A model generated the notes under the pieces. That model did no database searches, was not told the DNA's origin, and saw only the letters and a list, made by a program, of their open reading frames with translations. The position numbers and the translations under genes are program-made. From contig JAUSHI010000009.1 of NCBI GenBank assembly GCA_030648055.1, positions 47,722 through 111,721 of the forward strand: DNA of 64,000 nucleotides, written 5' to 3'. Source of the stretch: a bacterium (lineage in GTDB: Bacteria > Patescibacteriota > Minisyncoccia > Sungbacterales > SURF-37). This document shows, in pieces, positions 9,046-19,115 of this stretch. How positions within the stretch are numbered: position 1 is the stretch's first letter; every line of letters starts with the position of its first letter.

Positions 9046-9264
9046 TTAAAAGAGGCATTCGGATACTATTTTCCAAAAACGTATTTTTTGCCCGGTATAG
9101 ATGTCGCGTATGAGGCGCATAATGATAACCGGCGTTCCGACGATTAAAAGCGGAATTCCAAAGATGAAAATTATGAGAATGAAATTTATGATGAATATGA
9201 ATAGCATATCGATGGTTAATTCCCAGATCGTCATTTTGTCTCCCCAGATTAAATTTACAAGCAA
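9046..9264 (-). CDS. Small membrane protein
   Basis: Hydrophobic 72-aa ORF with a downstream terminator hairpin. Weak support. Confidence 0.3.
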   Translation of the reverse strand: MLVNLIWGDKMTIWELTIDMLFIFIINFILIIFIFGIPLLIVGTPVIIMRLIRDIYTGQKIRFWKIVSECLF

Positions 9265-9311
9265 ATTTGATCTGGCGATCGATCAGTTTTGCGAATTGGT
9301 TTAGTCTTTGG

Positions 9312-9575
9312 TTAAATCATTAAAATTTTGCCGGTGCCGTCACAGCGCGCGCAAGGAATAAATTGAATATAGGGTGAATCGTGTGTTTCTGCGGGAAGTT
9401 TGGTTGCGCCGTTGCATGCGGGGCAGGTCATTATAAACAGAGTTGTTTCTTTTGGTCCGCGTTTTTGTTGGGTTATAAGTATTGCTATTATTATAATAAT
9501 AACCAGCGCGATAAGACCAAAAAGGAAAAGCGGGTCGTTTAGCCGGCTTCCAAAATCCGAAACAATGGTAAGCAT
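9312..9575 (-). CDS. Membrane-anchored zinc-ribbon protein
   Basis: N-terminal TM helix plus CPACNG...CARCDG (CxxC...CxxC). Confidence 0.35.
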   Translation of the reverse strand: MLTIVSDFGSRLNDPLFLFGLIALVIIIIIAILITQQKRGPKETTLFIMTCPACNGATKLPAETHDSPYIQFIPCARCDGTGKILMI

Positions 9576-9727
9576 TTATTGGCCCCTTATTATGAAGGCT
9601 TGTAAATGAACTTTTGCCTTCAGCGTATACCAATAGTTCATTTTGGCAAGTAGCGTGTTATGGGGCTTAAACAGCGCCCCTTTTAGATTAATGCGATGCG
9701 GTGGCGTTGAGTCATGATATAGATACC

Positions 9728-9756
9728 TTGACAGAATTTTTGATTTACGCTATAAT
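9728..9756 (+). promoter_or_regulatory. Consensus sigma70-type promoter (TTGACA-17-TATAAT)
   Basis: cTTGACAgaatttttgatttacgcTATAATgta lies about 65 nt upstream of the ATG at 9823. Confidence 0.65.
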
Positions 9757-9822
9757 GTAAGTCAAAGTCAGAGGAGAGTGATGATCTTTTCCAAAACAAA
9801 TCACCAACAGGAGGAAGTAGCG

Positions 9823-10221
9823 ATGAAAAAGGCATGGACGGTCGTATTTGCTCTGCTTTTCGTTTTCGTGTTCGGGCAGGCGTCTGCGGATGAGCTGGGG
9901 TTCGACCCCCAGCTGCTCGTCGGAGAGTACCATGGGACCTTCAAGGTGGAGGAGGGTGGCCAAACCATCAGTGGGTCAGTCTATGTCACTATCAAGAGCG
10001 TGGAGGGTGACAAGGTGGCGTGGGTTTTGTACTTCTCCGCGTCGGTTAGCAATGCCAGCTTCAACCGTGATATCAACGGTATGGGAAAGCTGGAGGGGAA
10101 TACGATTTCCTCCAATCGCGGAGGAGCCACAGTGGTGCTCAATGTGGTGGATAAGGACACGATTGATGGGTACGCTCGCGTGCGTAGCGCCACCAAGTTC
10201 ACGGTTACGAGGAAGAAGTAG
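9823..10221 (+). CDS. Secreted protein with signal peptide, unknown function; GC-rich relative to surroundings
   Basis: SD aggagg, then MKKAWTVVFALLFVFVFGQASA signal peptide. Codon usage is biased to G/C-ending codons, unlike neighbouring genes. Confidence 0.5.
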   Translation: MKKAWTVVFALLFVFVFGQASADELGFDPQLLVGEYHGTFKVEEGGQTISGSVYVTIKSVEGDKVAWVLYFSASVSNASFNRDINGMGKLEGNTISSNRGGATVVLNVVDKDTIDGYARVRSATKFTVTRKK

Positions 10222-10244
10222 CTCAAACCCCTCTGATTCACCAA

Positions 10245-10272
10245 GGTCCGCCTCCTGACGGACCTTTTAAAT
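10245..10272 (+). terminator. Rho-independent terminator
   Basis: ggtccg-cctcctga-cggacc followed by ttttaaattt. Confidence 0.6.
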
Positions 10273-10538
10273 TTCATAAAGATGAAATAGTGCTGAAAGC
10301 TTATGCGATAAATGGCACCACCCCGCGTTTTCAAAGCCACGGTTTTTATGGATTTACGAGGCAAATACGTTGTACCTGAATATCCGATGCTGTTCTCATT
10401 TTGGTTATAATAATTTATATTGAGGATGCGGTGCGGTAGTGATTTTACTTGGAGAGGTAACAATTTTTGGGTAAAAAATTTAATCAATAATTCAAATTAG
10501 CTGACGAAATCGCGACACGCAAAGTTTGTTTGTAAAAT

Positions 10539-10991
10539 ATGATATGGTATCTTAAAAAACGAGGAGTGTCCTTTTTAGAAAAGCAGGTGACCTGTGAAGA
10601 AAAAGAGATTGCCGCCGCACTTAAAAGATATTTTTCCATACTTAATACGCATGATTTAGATGGGCTTAGTGATATTCTGGCTGAAGATGCCGAGATGCAT
10701 TCGTATGCCGCCGGCAATCGTATGGTTGGGAAAGACGAGTTTATAAAAATTGTGAAAAAAATATTTCAAGGTGTTCGGCCGATTTATATGGAAAATACAA
10801 TGATAAGAATTGTCGGCGAATCGGCAATCGTCAATACGCTGTACTTACTACATTCTCATGGCCACGCATACGGTCCACAAAGAACACAGTTTGAATTTAA
10901 AAAAGAAAATGGTGGTTGGAAATTACATACACAGCTTTTTCTTGATCAGAATGTCTCCGGTAGCACCCCGTCAAAGCAAGATGTTACCTAA
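10539..10991 (+). CDS. SnoaL-like / NTF2-fold protein
   Basis: ALKRYFSILNTHDLDGLSDILAEDAEMH is typical of SnoaL/NTF2-like (DUF4440) domains. Confidence 0.5.
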   Translation: MIWYLKKRGVSFLEKQVTCEEKEIAAALKRYFSILNTHDLDGLSDILAEDAEMHSYAAGNRMVGKDEFIKIVKKIFQGVRPIYMENTMIRIVGESAIVNTLYLLHSHGHAYGPQRTQFEFKKENGGWKLHTQLFLDQNVSGSTPSKQDVT

Positions 10992-11027
10992 AAGTTAAAA
11001 GTAATATATCTAAAATTTATATTTTGT

Positions 11028-12047
11028 ATGGAAAAACCACACCGCTACGATAATAAAGAAGATATTTTATCGCAGCTAGACGCTTTATTAAAAAATGATT
11101 ATTTGGTGGTACAAATAGGGTTTGCTTTGGAGCGAATAGGTTTTTTTAAATTATTAGAGGAGCGGGGTAAAATCAATTTTAAAGAAATTGTTGAACTATT
11201 AAAAGTGCGAGAAGATTATTTAAGGGTGTGTACGGATTTTTTATGGGCGGCATCAAGTATTCTTGAAAGAGACAAGGATTTTTTTTCTTTGAAATATAAA
11301 ACCGTTGGACGAGGATTGTGGTGGTTGGCGGCGTATAAGCCGGTTCTTGATAATTTGGCCGGGCTTCTTACCGGAGAAAAATTATACGGCCGTGACGTAA
11401 AGCGAATCGGTCATTATCTCCAAAAAGCGTCGGATTTATCAAATCAGGATGCCGCAGATAAGGCTTTGTATTTATTAAGAAACGAAGGCGGCATTTTGGT
11501 AGATATGGGATGCGGGTCTGCCCATACACTAATTACATATTGCCAGGAAAAAGCAGGGCGCTATGGGGTCGGCATTGATGTAGATCCGGAAACTGTGCAA
11601 GAGGCGCGGCGGCACGTGAAAGGCGCGGCGCTGGAAGGATCCATTAGTATAGTTGAAAGCGATGCGTTTGAAGTTGAGAGATGGAGGGACGCAGTTCTTA
11701 AAAAACAGAAGGTTTTATTTTTGTTAAACACCGTTCTGCATGAATTTTTTCGGAACGGCGACGAAGCTGTGGCGGGCTTTTTACAGGAACTGAAAAAAGA
11801 ATTTCAAGATTCTAAATTGATTATTATTGAATTTGATGCCTGGGAGTTCAGCAAAATTAAAGAAGAGAAAGACAGAAATAAGGCCGCAGCTTTTTATGCG
11901 GCCAGATATCAATTAGTTCATCCTTTAACCGATCAGGGCATGCCACGGTCGCGTAAGGAGTGGGAAGATGTGATTAAAAAAGGGGGCTGGCAAGTAAAAG
12001 ATATTATACCCGCAGAATATAATTTGGTCATTTATAATTGCGCATAA
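11028..12047 (+). CDS. Class I SAM-dependent O-methyltransferase with N-terminal winged-helix dimerisation domain
   Basis: Motif I VDMGCGSAH, preceded by about 130 aa resembling the dimerisation domain of small-molecule O-MTs. Confidence 0.65.
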   Translation: MEKPHRYDNKEDILSQLDALLKNDYLVVQIGFALERIGFFKLLEERGKINFKEIVELLKVREDYLRVCTDFLWAASSILERDKDFFSLKYKTVGRGLWWLAAYKPVLDNLAGLLTGEKLYGRDVKRIGHYLQKASDLSNQDAADKALYLLRNEGGILVDMGCGSAHTLITYCQEKAGRYGVGIDVDPETVQEARRHVKGAALEGSISIVESDAFEVERWRDAVLKKQKVLFLLNTVLHEFFRNGDEAVAGFLQELKKEFQDSKLIIIEFDAWEFSKIKEEKDRNKAAAFYAARYQLVHPLTDQGMPRSRKEWEDVIKKGGWQVKDIIPAEYNLVIYNCA

Positions 12048-12102
12048 TATACCAAGATTATAGCGGGCCCGCGATGGGTTTTTTGGCATAGTGATGACTT
12101 TT

Positions 12103-13401
12103 CTATAGCGACTCATCAACATATGGAACAGTTTTGCCGTGGTTTGTAAGATTTGGCAGATAGCTCACAATTTTTATATCGGTTATAATATTACAGTCAT
12201 CTTTTAGTTGTCTTTTTAAAGATTCTAACTTGTTTGGCGGGACTTTTCCGTTGGCAATAATCCTTAATTCCAGGCGCCCGGATGTTATTCTGGCTAACTG
12301 GTATTGCACGATGAATCTGTCAAAATTATTTATTACGCCACTTATCTCAAGTAGCGTGATATGATTTTGACCGATATTAAGTGCGATTCCATCGCGGCCG
12401 TTGATAAAAAGCCTTTTTGACCGTACGCCGCAACGGCACCGTTTTTTCAGGATGACGCCGATATCACCTGTTTTATATCTGATGAAGGGCATAATCCGGT
12501 TATAAAAGTGAGTGAGCACTACATGGCCACTTTCTCCGTTAGCAACGGCACCCCCAGCATTATTAATTATTTCAACAATGAATGATTCCTCATTAATATG
12601 AAATCCTTTGTGCTCGGCGCATTCCATTCCAACCGGACCGAATTCCTCCAAACCGTACAGGTCATAGACACCCCCCTTGTTGCTCAGAATATTTTCAATA
12701 AAATATCGCTGGCCGTAAGATAAATTTTCTCCGTAAGATATTATGTAAGGAATTTTAATTGGTTGTACGCCAACACCAGCTTCTGCCATTGTACGCCCGA
12801 CCTCGGCCAATATCGTCGGAACACTTTCTAAAATAAAAGGCTGGAATGTTCCCAGCTTACTAATGACAGATCGGGCATTTTTTCTGACGTCCGAAACCGG
12901 AATAAATAAATAATTTTTTTTCAGCGGCATCGGCCGGAATCCTATGTGGGCGACTTTTAGCGCATCCATATTTTTATTGAATCCTTCCCAAAACAGAAAT
13001 CTGTATTTCGTAAAATCGTAATATCGTTTATCACCATAAACAGCGCTGACTAGGGTAATTGGGAACCGAAATGGTTCTCCAGTGGTGCCCGATGTCTGGC
13101 GCCATATGTATTTTCCTTGGTAATTCCAGTTTAGCAACAGGTTCCGGTCTTGCTGCTTTAGCGTTCTTTTGTCCATGATCGGGAGAATATCTATATCGTT
13201 GCGCGTTTTTATGCTGTCGGGATTTATTTTTGATTCTTTAAGTATGCGCGTGTAAAAAGGGACACCATCGTACGCAATTCCCAATAGTTTTTTTAGTTGA
13301 TGCGATTGCCACGCGTACACAATCGGCGAGGGGAGCTGATGTATAATGCTCCAGGCAGAAAATTTTATTTTGTTGTTTAAATTTTTTAGAAGCTGAATCA
13401 T
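12103..13401 (-). CDS. PaaK/CapK-like adenylate-forming enzyme (phenylacetate-CoA ligase / F390 synthetase family), paralog 1
   Basis: Adenylation motif TSGTTGEP and a length of about 430 aa. Confidence 0.75.
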   Translation of the reverse strand: MIQLLKNLNNKIKFSAWSIIHQLPSPIVYAWQSHQLKKLLGIAYDGVPFYTRILKESKINPDSIKTRNDIDILPIMDKRTLKQQDRNLLLNWNYQGKYIWRQTSGTTGEPFRFPITLVSAVYGDKRYYDFTKYRFLFWEGFNKNMDALKVAHIGFRPMPLKKNYLFIPVSDVRKNARSVISKLGTFQPFILESVPTILAEVGRTMAEAGVGVQPIKIPYIISYGENLSYGQRYFIENILSNKGGVYDLYGLEEFGPVGMECAEHKGFHINEESFIVEIINNAGGAVANGESGHVVLTHFYNRIMPFIRYKTGDIGVILKKRCRCGVRSKRLFINGRDGIALNIGQNHITLLEISGVINNFDRFIVQYQLARITSGRLELRIIANGKVPPNKLESLKRQLKDDCNIITDIKIVSYLPNLTNHGKTVPYVDESL

Positions 13402-13413
13402 GGAGGCCGTCGT

Positions 13414-14391
13414 TTAATTGTTGGTACTTGTCATGAGATTTAATATTTCCCGAATAAAATCTTCTTTTTGCGGAAGAGCGTACTTGCCGAAGCCATAAGG
13501 AATAGGAACATTTGCGGCCCCCAATTTTATAATTTTTATATCTGGACACGAACTCCGCGCGATATTTTCTATAATCGGGTAAAGTCCTCCTCCGGCCAGC
13601 GGTTCTTCGTCGGCAATAAGCAGCCTTTTTGTTTTACGGGAAGTTTCTTTTATTTTTTCTGTATCAAGGGGTTTAAGGCTGACTAAATCTAAGATTTCCA
13701 CATCTACGCCTTGTGTTTTCAGTTCGTCAGCGGCACTCTCCGCCATATCCGTCATTTGCGCGTGGGTTATTATTGTTACATCTTTGCCGGTTCTTCTGTA
13801 CTCTGCTTTTCCGGACGGGTATTTATAATCGGCATCGGTGGGTTGGCCTAATTTTTTATATAAACCCCAGTGTTCAAGAAAAATAATGACCTTACCCGTT
13901 GAAGTAAAGGCCGTGCGCAAAAGTCCTTGTGCCTGCTGCACTGTGCTCGGCGATATAATCACTACTCCAAGAAAATTAAAAAATTGGGAAATGAAAGGAA
14001 TGGAAAGTTGTCCGCCCACCTTGCCGCCCCCCCAACGCACTCTTATGATTGTTGATGGCATGGTTGTGCGCGTGCACATCATGCTCCATATTCCCGATAA
14101 GAAAATATCAGAAGCGGCAATGGTAATAAGCGTGCCGTGGGCAAACTCTACTATTGGACGAAGTCCCGCTTGCGCGGCCCCCAGAGCAATGCCTACAAAA
14201 AGCTCTTCATTGATAGGCGTTTCTCGTATTCGTTCTTCACCAAATTCATCAATGAATCCTTTGGTAATGCCGTCTCTTCCCCCCCATTTTCCTATGTCCT
14301 CTCCCATTATGAAAAGGCGAGAGTCCTTTCTCATCTCATCATGGAGGACTTCTTTGATTGCCTCGGATATTGTGATGTTATTTGTTGACAT
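13414..14391 (-). CDS. TPP-dependent dehydrogenase E1 component, beta subunit-like (transketolase-like C-terminal fold)
   Basis: E1-beta pattern (MGEDIGKWGG...ETPINEELFVGIALGAAQAGLRPIVEF) over 325 aa. Confidence 0.8.
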   Translation of the reverse strand: MSTNNITISEAIKEVLHDEMRKDSRLFIMGEDIGKWGGRDGITKGFIDEFGEERIRETPINEELFVGIALGAAQAGLRPIVEFAHGTLITIAASDIFLSGIWSMMCTRTTMPSTIIRVRWGGGKVGGQLSIPFISQFFNFLGVVIISPSTVQQAQGLLRTAFTSTGKVIIFLEHWGLYKKLGQPTDADYKYPSGKAEYRRTGKDVTIITHAQMTDMAESAADELKTQGVDVEILDLVSLKPLDTEKIKETSRKTKRLLIADEEPLAGGGLYPIIENIARSSCPDIKIIKLGAANVPIPYGFGKYALPQKEDFIREILNLMTSTNN

Positions 14392-15463
14392 CGGAGTTTT
14401 CCATTAATAGTTCATCTTTAGATAACTCTTTTTGCGCACGCGCCTGGTCAAGGGCCTCTTGTACTTCACGTTCTGCCTTTTTTTCCAATACAGAAAGAGA
14501 AGCTTCGTCGGCAATATTATGTGCAATAATTTTTTTTCGCGTTGAAAGAACGGGGTCTGTCTGCTCTTTGTTGGCGGTGTCCAGAAAATTATTATCCAAC
14601 GTGTCCGACATAAAAAAAGCTTCGTGTGGTACACGCCTATAAGTTTTTATTTCTAAAAAAGCCGGAGCAGATTCGTGTCTTGTTTTTTCAAACATTTTTT
14701 TTGCTACAGGGAAAACTTTAAATAAGTCATCACCCTCGACGCAGTCGGAAAATAAGCCGATTGATCTCGCCTTTTCAAAATATGGCCTGGCGGTAAGACG
14801 AGACAGCGGTGTTGTTACGGAAAGCTGATTATTTTCGCATACCCAAATAATCGGCAATTTCCAAAGCACAGAAAGATTAAGCGCGCTGTATAATGTTCCT
14901 CGAGAGGCCGCACCGTCTCCGAAGAATATGGCAACGACACGGTCGTCATTAAAAAATCTTGCCGCCACACCCATGCCGACTGCGATTGAAAAACCGTTTC
15001 CCAGCATGCCCCCCTGGGGGAAAACGCCATATTGCGGTAACATAAAATTTATAGGTGAGACGCCTTTACCCATGCAAACGCCAGTTTTTTTACCCAAAAT
15101 TTCTGCGGCGATAGCTCTTAACGGAACACCCTTACTTAGTGCCACAGCAAAACCTCTATAGTAAGGAAGCAGAAAGTCTTTATTCTCTAAAAGTCCGCCA
15201 ACGGCGGCCTGTCCGGCTTCTTGCCCTCTTCCTTCGAAAAAACTTCTTTTTAGGAGCATATTTTTATCAGCCAGCTCCTTGACTTTTATTTCCAAAATTC
15301 TTGCCGTGACCATATGTTCCCACATTTTTAACACTGCTGCCCCTAATTCCGTATTTTTTTTTAAAAAACTATCGTTAAAAAGCGCAGTCTCGTCGTTGTT
15401 GCCATGGTTGCCCCCCCTTTTTTCTTCTGGTAGTGTCATAATATCGGGTTGGTTTATGCGCAA
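14378..15463 (-). CDS. TPP-dependent dehydrogenase E1 component, alpha subunit-like
   Basis: TPP motif FFGDGAASRGTLYSALNLSVLWKLPIIWVCENNQ. It overlaps the beta-subunit gene by 14 nt, consistent with translational coupling. Confidence 0.8.
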   Translation of the reverse strand: MRINQPDIMTLPEEKRGGNHGNNDETALFNDSFLKKNTELGAAVLKMWEHMVTARILEIKVKELADKNMLLKRSFFEGRGQEAGQAAVGGLLENKDFLLPYYRGFAVALSKGVPLRAIAAEILGKKTGVCMGKGVSPINFMLPQYGVFPQGGMLGNGFSIAVGMGVAARFFNDDRVVAIFFGDGAASRGTLYSALNLSVLWKLPIIWVCENNQLSVTTPLSRLTARPYFEKARSIGLFSDCVEGDDLFKVFPVAKKMFEKTRHESAPAFLEIKTYRRVPHEAFFMSDTLDNNFLDTANKEQTDPVLSTRKKIIAHNIADEASLSVLEKKAEREVQEALDQARAQKELSKDELLMENSDVNK

Positions 15464-15498
15464 ACCCCTAAATAATTTATAGAAACAACTATATAATT

Positions 15499-16245
15499 AT
15501 GTTTTTAGCAGATTCTTTAAAATATATTTCGGCCGATTTTTATGAAAAGACTGTTGGTACGCCGCTGGAAAAAAAATCAATAATGAGGGTTGCGCAAATT
15601 GTGCGGGCCAGGGCGCTTGAAGGAAGCAAAAAAAACGTTCTTGACATAGGTTGTGGAAGCGGTGTGCTCGCCGTAGAATTGGCCGACATTAAAACAATAG
15701 AATATATCGGTATAGATATCAATGAAGGGTTTATAAAGAGGGCTCGGGAGCGATTAAATTCTCATCATAATTTTACCTTTTTCGTAGAGGATATAGCGCG
15801 ATATTGCCCGAATCTTAAATTTGATATAATTATTCTTTGCGGCACCTATCATCATATTCCGGACGAGCATAAAGCCGTTGTGCTACGGCGGGTTGCAAGC
15901 GTTCTTGCGGAAAGAGGCATCGTGGTTTTATATGAAAAATTGCTTGCTCCGTATTCCACAAAAAAAGAGTTTATTTCCGCAAATAGGATTTTTTATAGAA
16001 AAAGATTTGCTGCTCAATTTCTCGCCGGAGAAATAGGACCCCGGCATCTATTGGCCCTTCTAAAAATAGGTTTAGGGGATATATCTGCGTTTCAGGAATA
16101 TAAGATTGATTATCAGCGCCTCATCTCATATTTTTTTTCGCACGGGCTTGTACCTGTTGAAGAACACAAGATCTGGCCAGCAAGAAATTTATTCAAAAAA
16201 AATAATATCGGCGATTTTATTTTTGTATTTGCACATGGAAATTAA
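15499..16245 (+). CDS. Class I SAM-dependent methyltransferase
   Basis: Motif I VLDIGCGSGVLAVELA. Confidence 0.7.
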   Translation: MFLADSLKYISADFYEKTVGTPLEKKSIMRVAQIVRARALEGSKKNVLDIGCGSGVLAVELADIKTIEYIGIDINEGFIKRARERLNSHHNFTFFVEDIARYCPNLKFDIIILCGTYHHIPDEHKAVVLRRVASVLAERGIVVLYEKLLAPYSTKKEFISANRIFYRKRFAAQFLAGEIGPRHLLALLKIGLGDISAFQEYKIDYQRLISYFFSHGLVPVEEHKIWPARNLFKKNNIGDFIFVFAHGN

Positions 16246-17008
16246 ATTTCATAATAAAATAATACTAGTTACCGGATCAACGCGTGGTATCGGGAAAGAA
16301 ATTGCCCGAGCATTTGGAGAGGCCGGGGGCAACATCATTATTAATTCCAGGCGGGAAGAGGCGGTTGAGGATACGGTAGATGAATTTAGAAAGTCCGGTT
16401 ATCAGGCTGTCGGTTACGCCGCGGATGTCGGCAGTTGGGATTCGGTTAAAAAACTCATGGAATTTATAGGAGCGACACACAAACGTCTGGATGTGATCGT
16501 TAATAATGCGGGAATCAGTTTTCCTTTGGCGGGCGTTAGTGAAATGGCGGTGGAAGATTGGGATAATATCTTGAAGACAAATCTTAGCGGTCCGTTCTTT
16601 GTCGCTAAAGCGGGGCTTCCACTCATGCAGTATGCCGGTGGAGGAAGTATAATTAATATAGGTTCCATGGCTTATCTCCTACAGATAGGATCGCCTAATC
16701 CAGCATATAGCGCCGCTAAGGGCGGATTAGTTTCTCTTACCAAAGCTTTGGTTAAGGATTGCTCGCCTCATAAAATTCGCGTAAATGCGATCAGTCCCTG
16801 GTATGTAAAAAATGATAAATTTGATGATATTTTTAAAAAAGCAGGAATTGACCAGAATTATGCGGCCGAACGGAATCCATTAGGCAGGACCGCTTTACCG
16901 GCAGATATTTCCAGTTTGGCGTTATTTCTGGCTTCAGACCACGCGTCGTTTATTAGCGGTCAAGTAATTCATGTTAGCGGAGCGGCAGAGGTTTTGATTA
17001 GAAAATAA
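16235..17008 (+). CDS. Short-chain dehydrogenase/reductase (SDR)
   Basis: VTGSTRGIGKEIA glycine motif and SDR topology over about 257 aa. The start is taken at the internal ATG 16235, which overlaps the upstream stop. Confidence 0.8.
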   Translation: MEIKFHNKIILVTGSTRGIGKEIARAFGEAGGNIIINSRREEAVEDTVDEFRKSGYQAVGYAADVGSWDSVKKLMEFIGATHKRLDVIVNNAGISFPLAGVSEMAVEDWDNILKTNLSGPFFVAKAGLPLMQYAGGGSIINIGSMAYLLQIGSPNPAYSAAKGGLVSLTKALVKDCSPHKIRVNAISPWYVKNDKFDDIFKKAGIDQNYAAERNPLGRTALPADISSLALFLASDHASFISGQVIHVSGAAEVLIRK

Positions 17009-17039
17009 TTTTTATAAAATCTTTTGGAGTTATTATAGT

Positions 17040-18140
17040 TTGATTAATAATGCCATGGAAGACGTAAAAATTTTGCTTGCATTATTGCGGGTGATAATAG
17101 GACGGGATTATTTTTTCCCCACAAGCAAAACAATAAAAAATTTTGAAACCGCTTTTGCAACGCTAGTCAGTTCTGCACACGCATTCGGTGTTTCTAACGG
17201 AACTGATGCGCTAATAATGGCTCTGAAGGCCTGCGGTATACAGGCGGGTGATGAAGTAATTGTCCCGGCTTCAGGTTTCATTGCAACCGCCTCGTGTGCC
17301 GCATGGATCGGCGCGAGGCCGGTATTTGTAGATATTGATTTCCGCACTTTTAATATTAATCCCTCTCTTATAGAAAATTATATTACTATTAAAACAAAAG
17401 CAATTATTGTTACGCACCTCAATGGCAGAATGGCGGACATGGATAAAATTTCTGCTATTGCAAAAAAACATAACCTATTCCTTATAGAAGATGCGGCTCA
17501 GGCTGTAGGTTCAAAATACAGAGGGGAATCAGCGGGGCATTACGGGGACATGGCTTGTTTTAGCTTCAATCCGTCCAAGGCGTTAGCGGCTTATGGAGAC
17601 GGAGGGGCGGTGGTTACAAATAATATTTCTCTTGCGGAAAAAATATCGTTAATGAGAACATACGGCGCCCGTTTTAAGGAAATTTCCGCCCACCATAAAA
17701 TTATAGGCGTAGCGAGCCGTTTGGGGGCGTTGCAGGCCGCTATATTATTGATTAAACTTGAAAATATTTCCTCTGTTATTGAGGCATGGAGACATAATTA
17801 TTTTCTTTATTTTGAGGCGCTTCGCGGTGTTGGTGATTTGATTCTTCCGGAAGTGAGCGATGATTTTTTTATCAACGGTTATCGTTTTGTGGTGCTTACA
17901 AAAAAGAGAAACGATTTACAGCAGTTTTTAAGAAAGAACGGCGTAAATAGTCATATCCAGTACGGAGTTTCAATCCCGTATTTTGAAGCTTTTTCTTATC
18001 TTCAACATAAAAGGGGGGAGTTTCCAGAAAGCGAACGGGTGGCATTCGAAAGCATTGTTCTTCCAACTGCTCCTATTTTTCGAGAAAATGATATTTATCG
18101 CGCAGTGGCGCTTATAAAAAAGTTTTTTGCGAATTTGTAA
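17040..18140 (+). CDS. DegT/DnrJ/EryC1/StrS family PLP-dependent sugar aminotransferase
   Basis: Fold-type I AT pattern with SFNPSKALAAYGDGGAVVTNN (PLP Lys). Confidence 0.85.
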   Translation: MINNAMEDVKILLALLRVIIGRDYFFPTSKTIKNFETAFATLVSSAHAFGVSNGTDALIMALKACGIQAGDEVIVPASGFIATASCAAWIGARPVFVDIDFRTFNINPSLIENYITIKTKAIIVTHLNGRMADMDKISAIAKKHNLFLIEDAAQAVGSKYRGESAGHYGDMACFSFNPSKALAAYGDGGAVVTNNISLAEKISLMRTYGARFKEISAHHKIIGVASRLGALQAAILLIKLENISSVIEAWRHNYFLYFEALRGVGDLILPEVSDDFFINGYRFVVLTKKRNDLQQFLRKNGVNSHIQYGVSIPYFEAFSYLQHKRGEFPESERVAFESIVLPTAPIFRENDIYRAVALIKKFFANL

Positions 18141-18206
18141 AGAATTATTGAGAAGGCGAAATCGGGATCGGTTATACATTTTTTAATTTGACGGTAAAAA
18201 TAAAAG

Positions 18207-19115
18207 ATGATATCAATACATATCAAGCCAAGGTTCTTTAAAACCAAAGGAGCGGCAAAAATGGGAAGTACTCATGGGTTTAATGGGAGTCGGGAAGATG
18301 TTCTAAGAATATGGGAAAAAAATTCGGAAGGGTGGTTTTCTGTCGGTTCTCCTTGGAGGCCGTCCGCCGGCGATGTAAGAGTATATCAAAAATTGTGCGG
18401 TTCAAGGATTAACGGCAGAGTGCTGATTCTTGGTTCTACTTCGGAATTGCGCGAGCTTGTAGCATCGCAACATAATAGTCCGGTTTTGGTAGACATTAGT
18501 TTCGCAATGCTTCAAAAAATGAGTCAGTCATTAACGCATGGCGACCAGGCAAATGAAATATGGATCAAATCTGATTGGTGTGAGGCGCCCCTACGGTCAA
18601 ATTACTTTGATCTTATTATCGGCGATATGGTATGGTGGGTTGTTTCGGTAGATTCACAGTTTAGACTGCGTGACAAAATAGCGGACCTTCTTGCCCCGGA
18701 CGGCATATTTGTTTCACGTTTTCGTCTGATAGGGGCGGGCAACGGACAGCACAATCCGCGCGGAGTGGTAAAGGAGTATTTGGCGAAGTACGAAGCAAAC
18801 CCTGAAAATGAAATTTTGTTGCGGAATGCCATGATGTCGCGGCTTTATGACAGTACTGCCGATGTCGGAACGAAACGTCTTAATCGCGAGAGAGCAAAAG
18901 TGATTTTGTCGGAGGTTTCGGATGGTCTGGATAATTCCAGGCACCGCGCTTTTCTTTCTGCGGCCTCAGAAAGACTTTTGAGCGCTGATTGGACAGCCCA
19001 GACGAGAGAAGAGATTTTTTCCATTTTAGCGGATAAGTTTGAGCTTTTTTCAGAGATGCACGCAACTGATTATGAGTCAGAATATTATCCAATAGTTTCA
19101 TTTAAGAAAAAATGA
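18207..19115 (+). CDS. Hypothetical protein with a methyltransferase-like Rossmann fold and a degenerate SAM loop
   Basis: VLILGSTSE replaces GxGxG. Post-I (LVDIS) and motif III-like (LLAPDGIFV) elements are present. Confidence 0.35.
   Translation: MISIHIKPRFFKTKGAAKMGSTHGFNGSREDVLRIWEKNSEGWFSVGSPWRPSAGDVRVYQKLCGSRINGRVLILGSTSELRELVASQHNSPVLVDISFAMLQKMSQSLTHGDQANEIWIKSDWCEAPLRSNYFDLIIGDMVWWVVSVDSQFRLRDKIADLLAPDGIFVSRFRLIGAGNGQHNPRGVVKEYLAKYEANPENEILLRNAMMSRLYDSTADVGTKRLNRERAKVILSEVSDGLDNSRHRAFLSAASERLLSADWTAQTREEIFSILADKFELFSEMHATDYESEYYPIVSFKKK

Noticed and set aside
13238-13549. ORF 13238..13549 (-) and other 60-100-aa ORFs overlapping the PaaK/E1-beta junction
   Set aside because: They overlap two well-supported genes in other frames and have no SD or motifs, so they are spurious.
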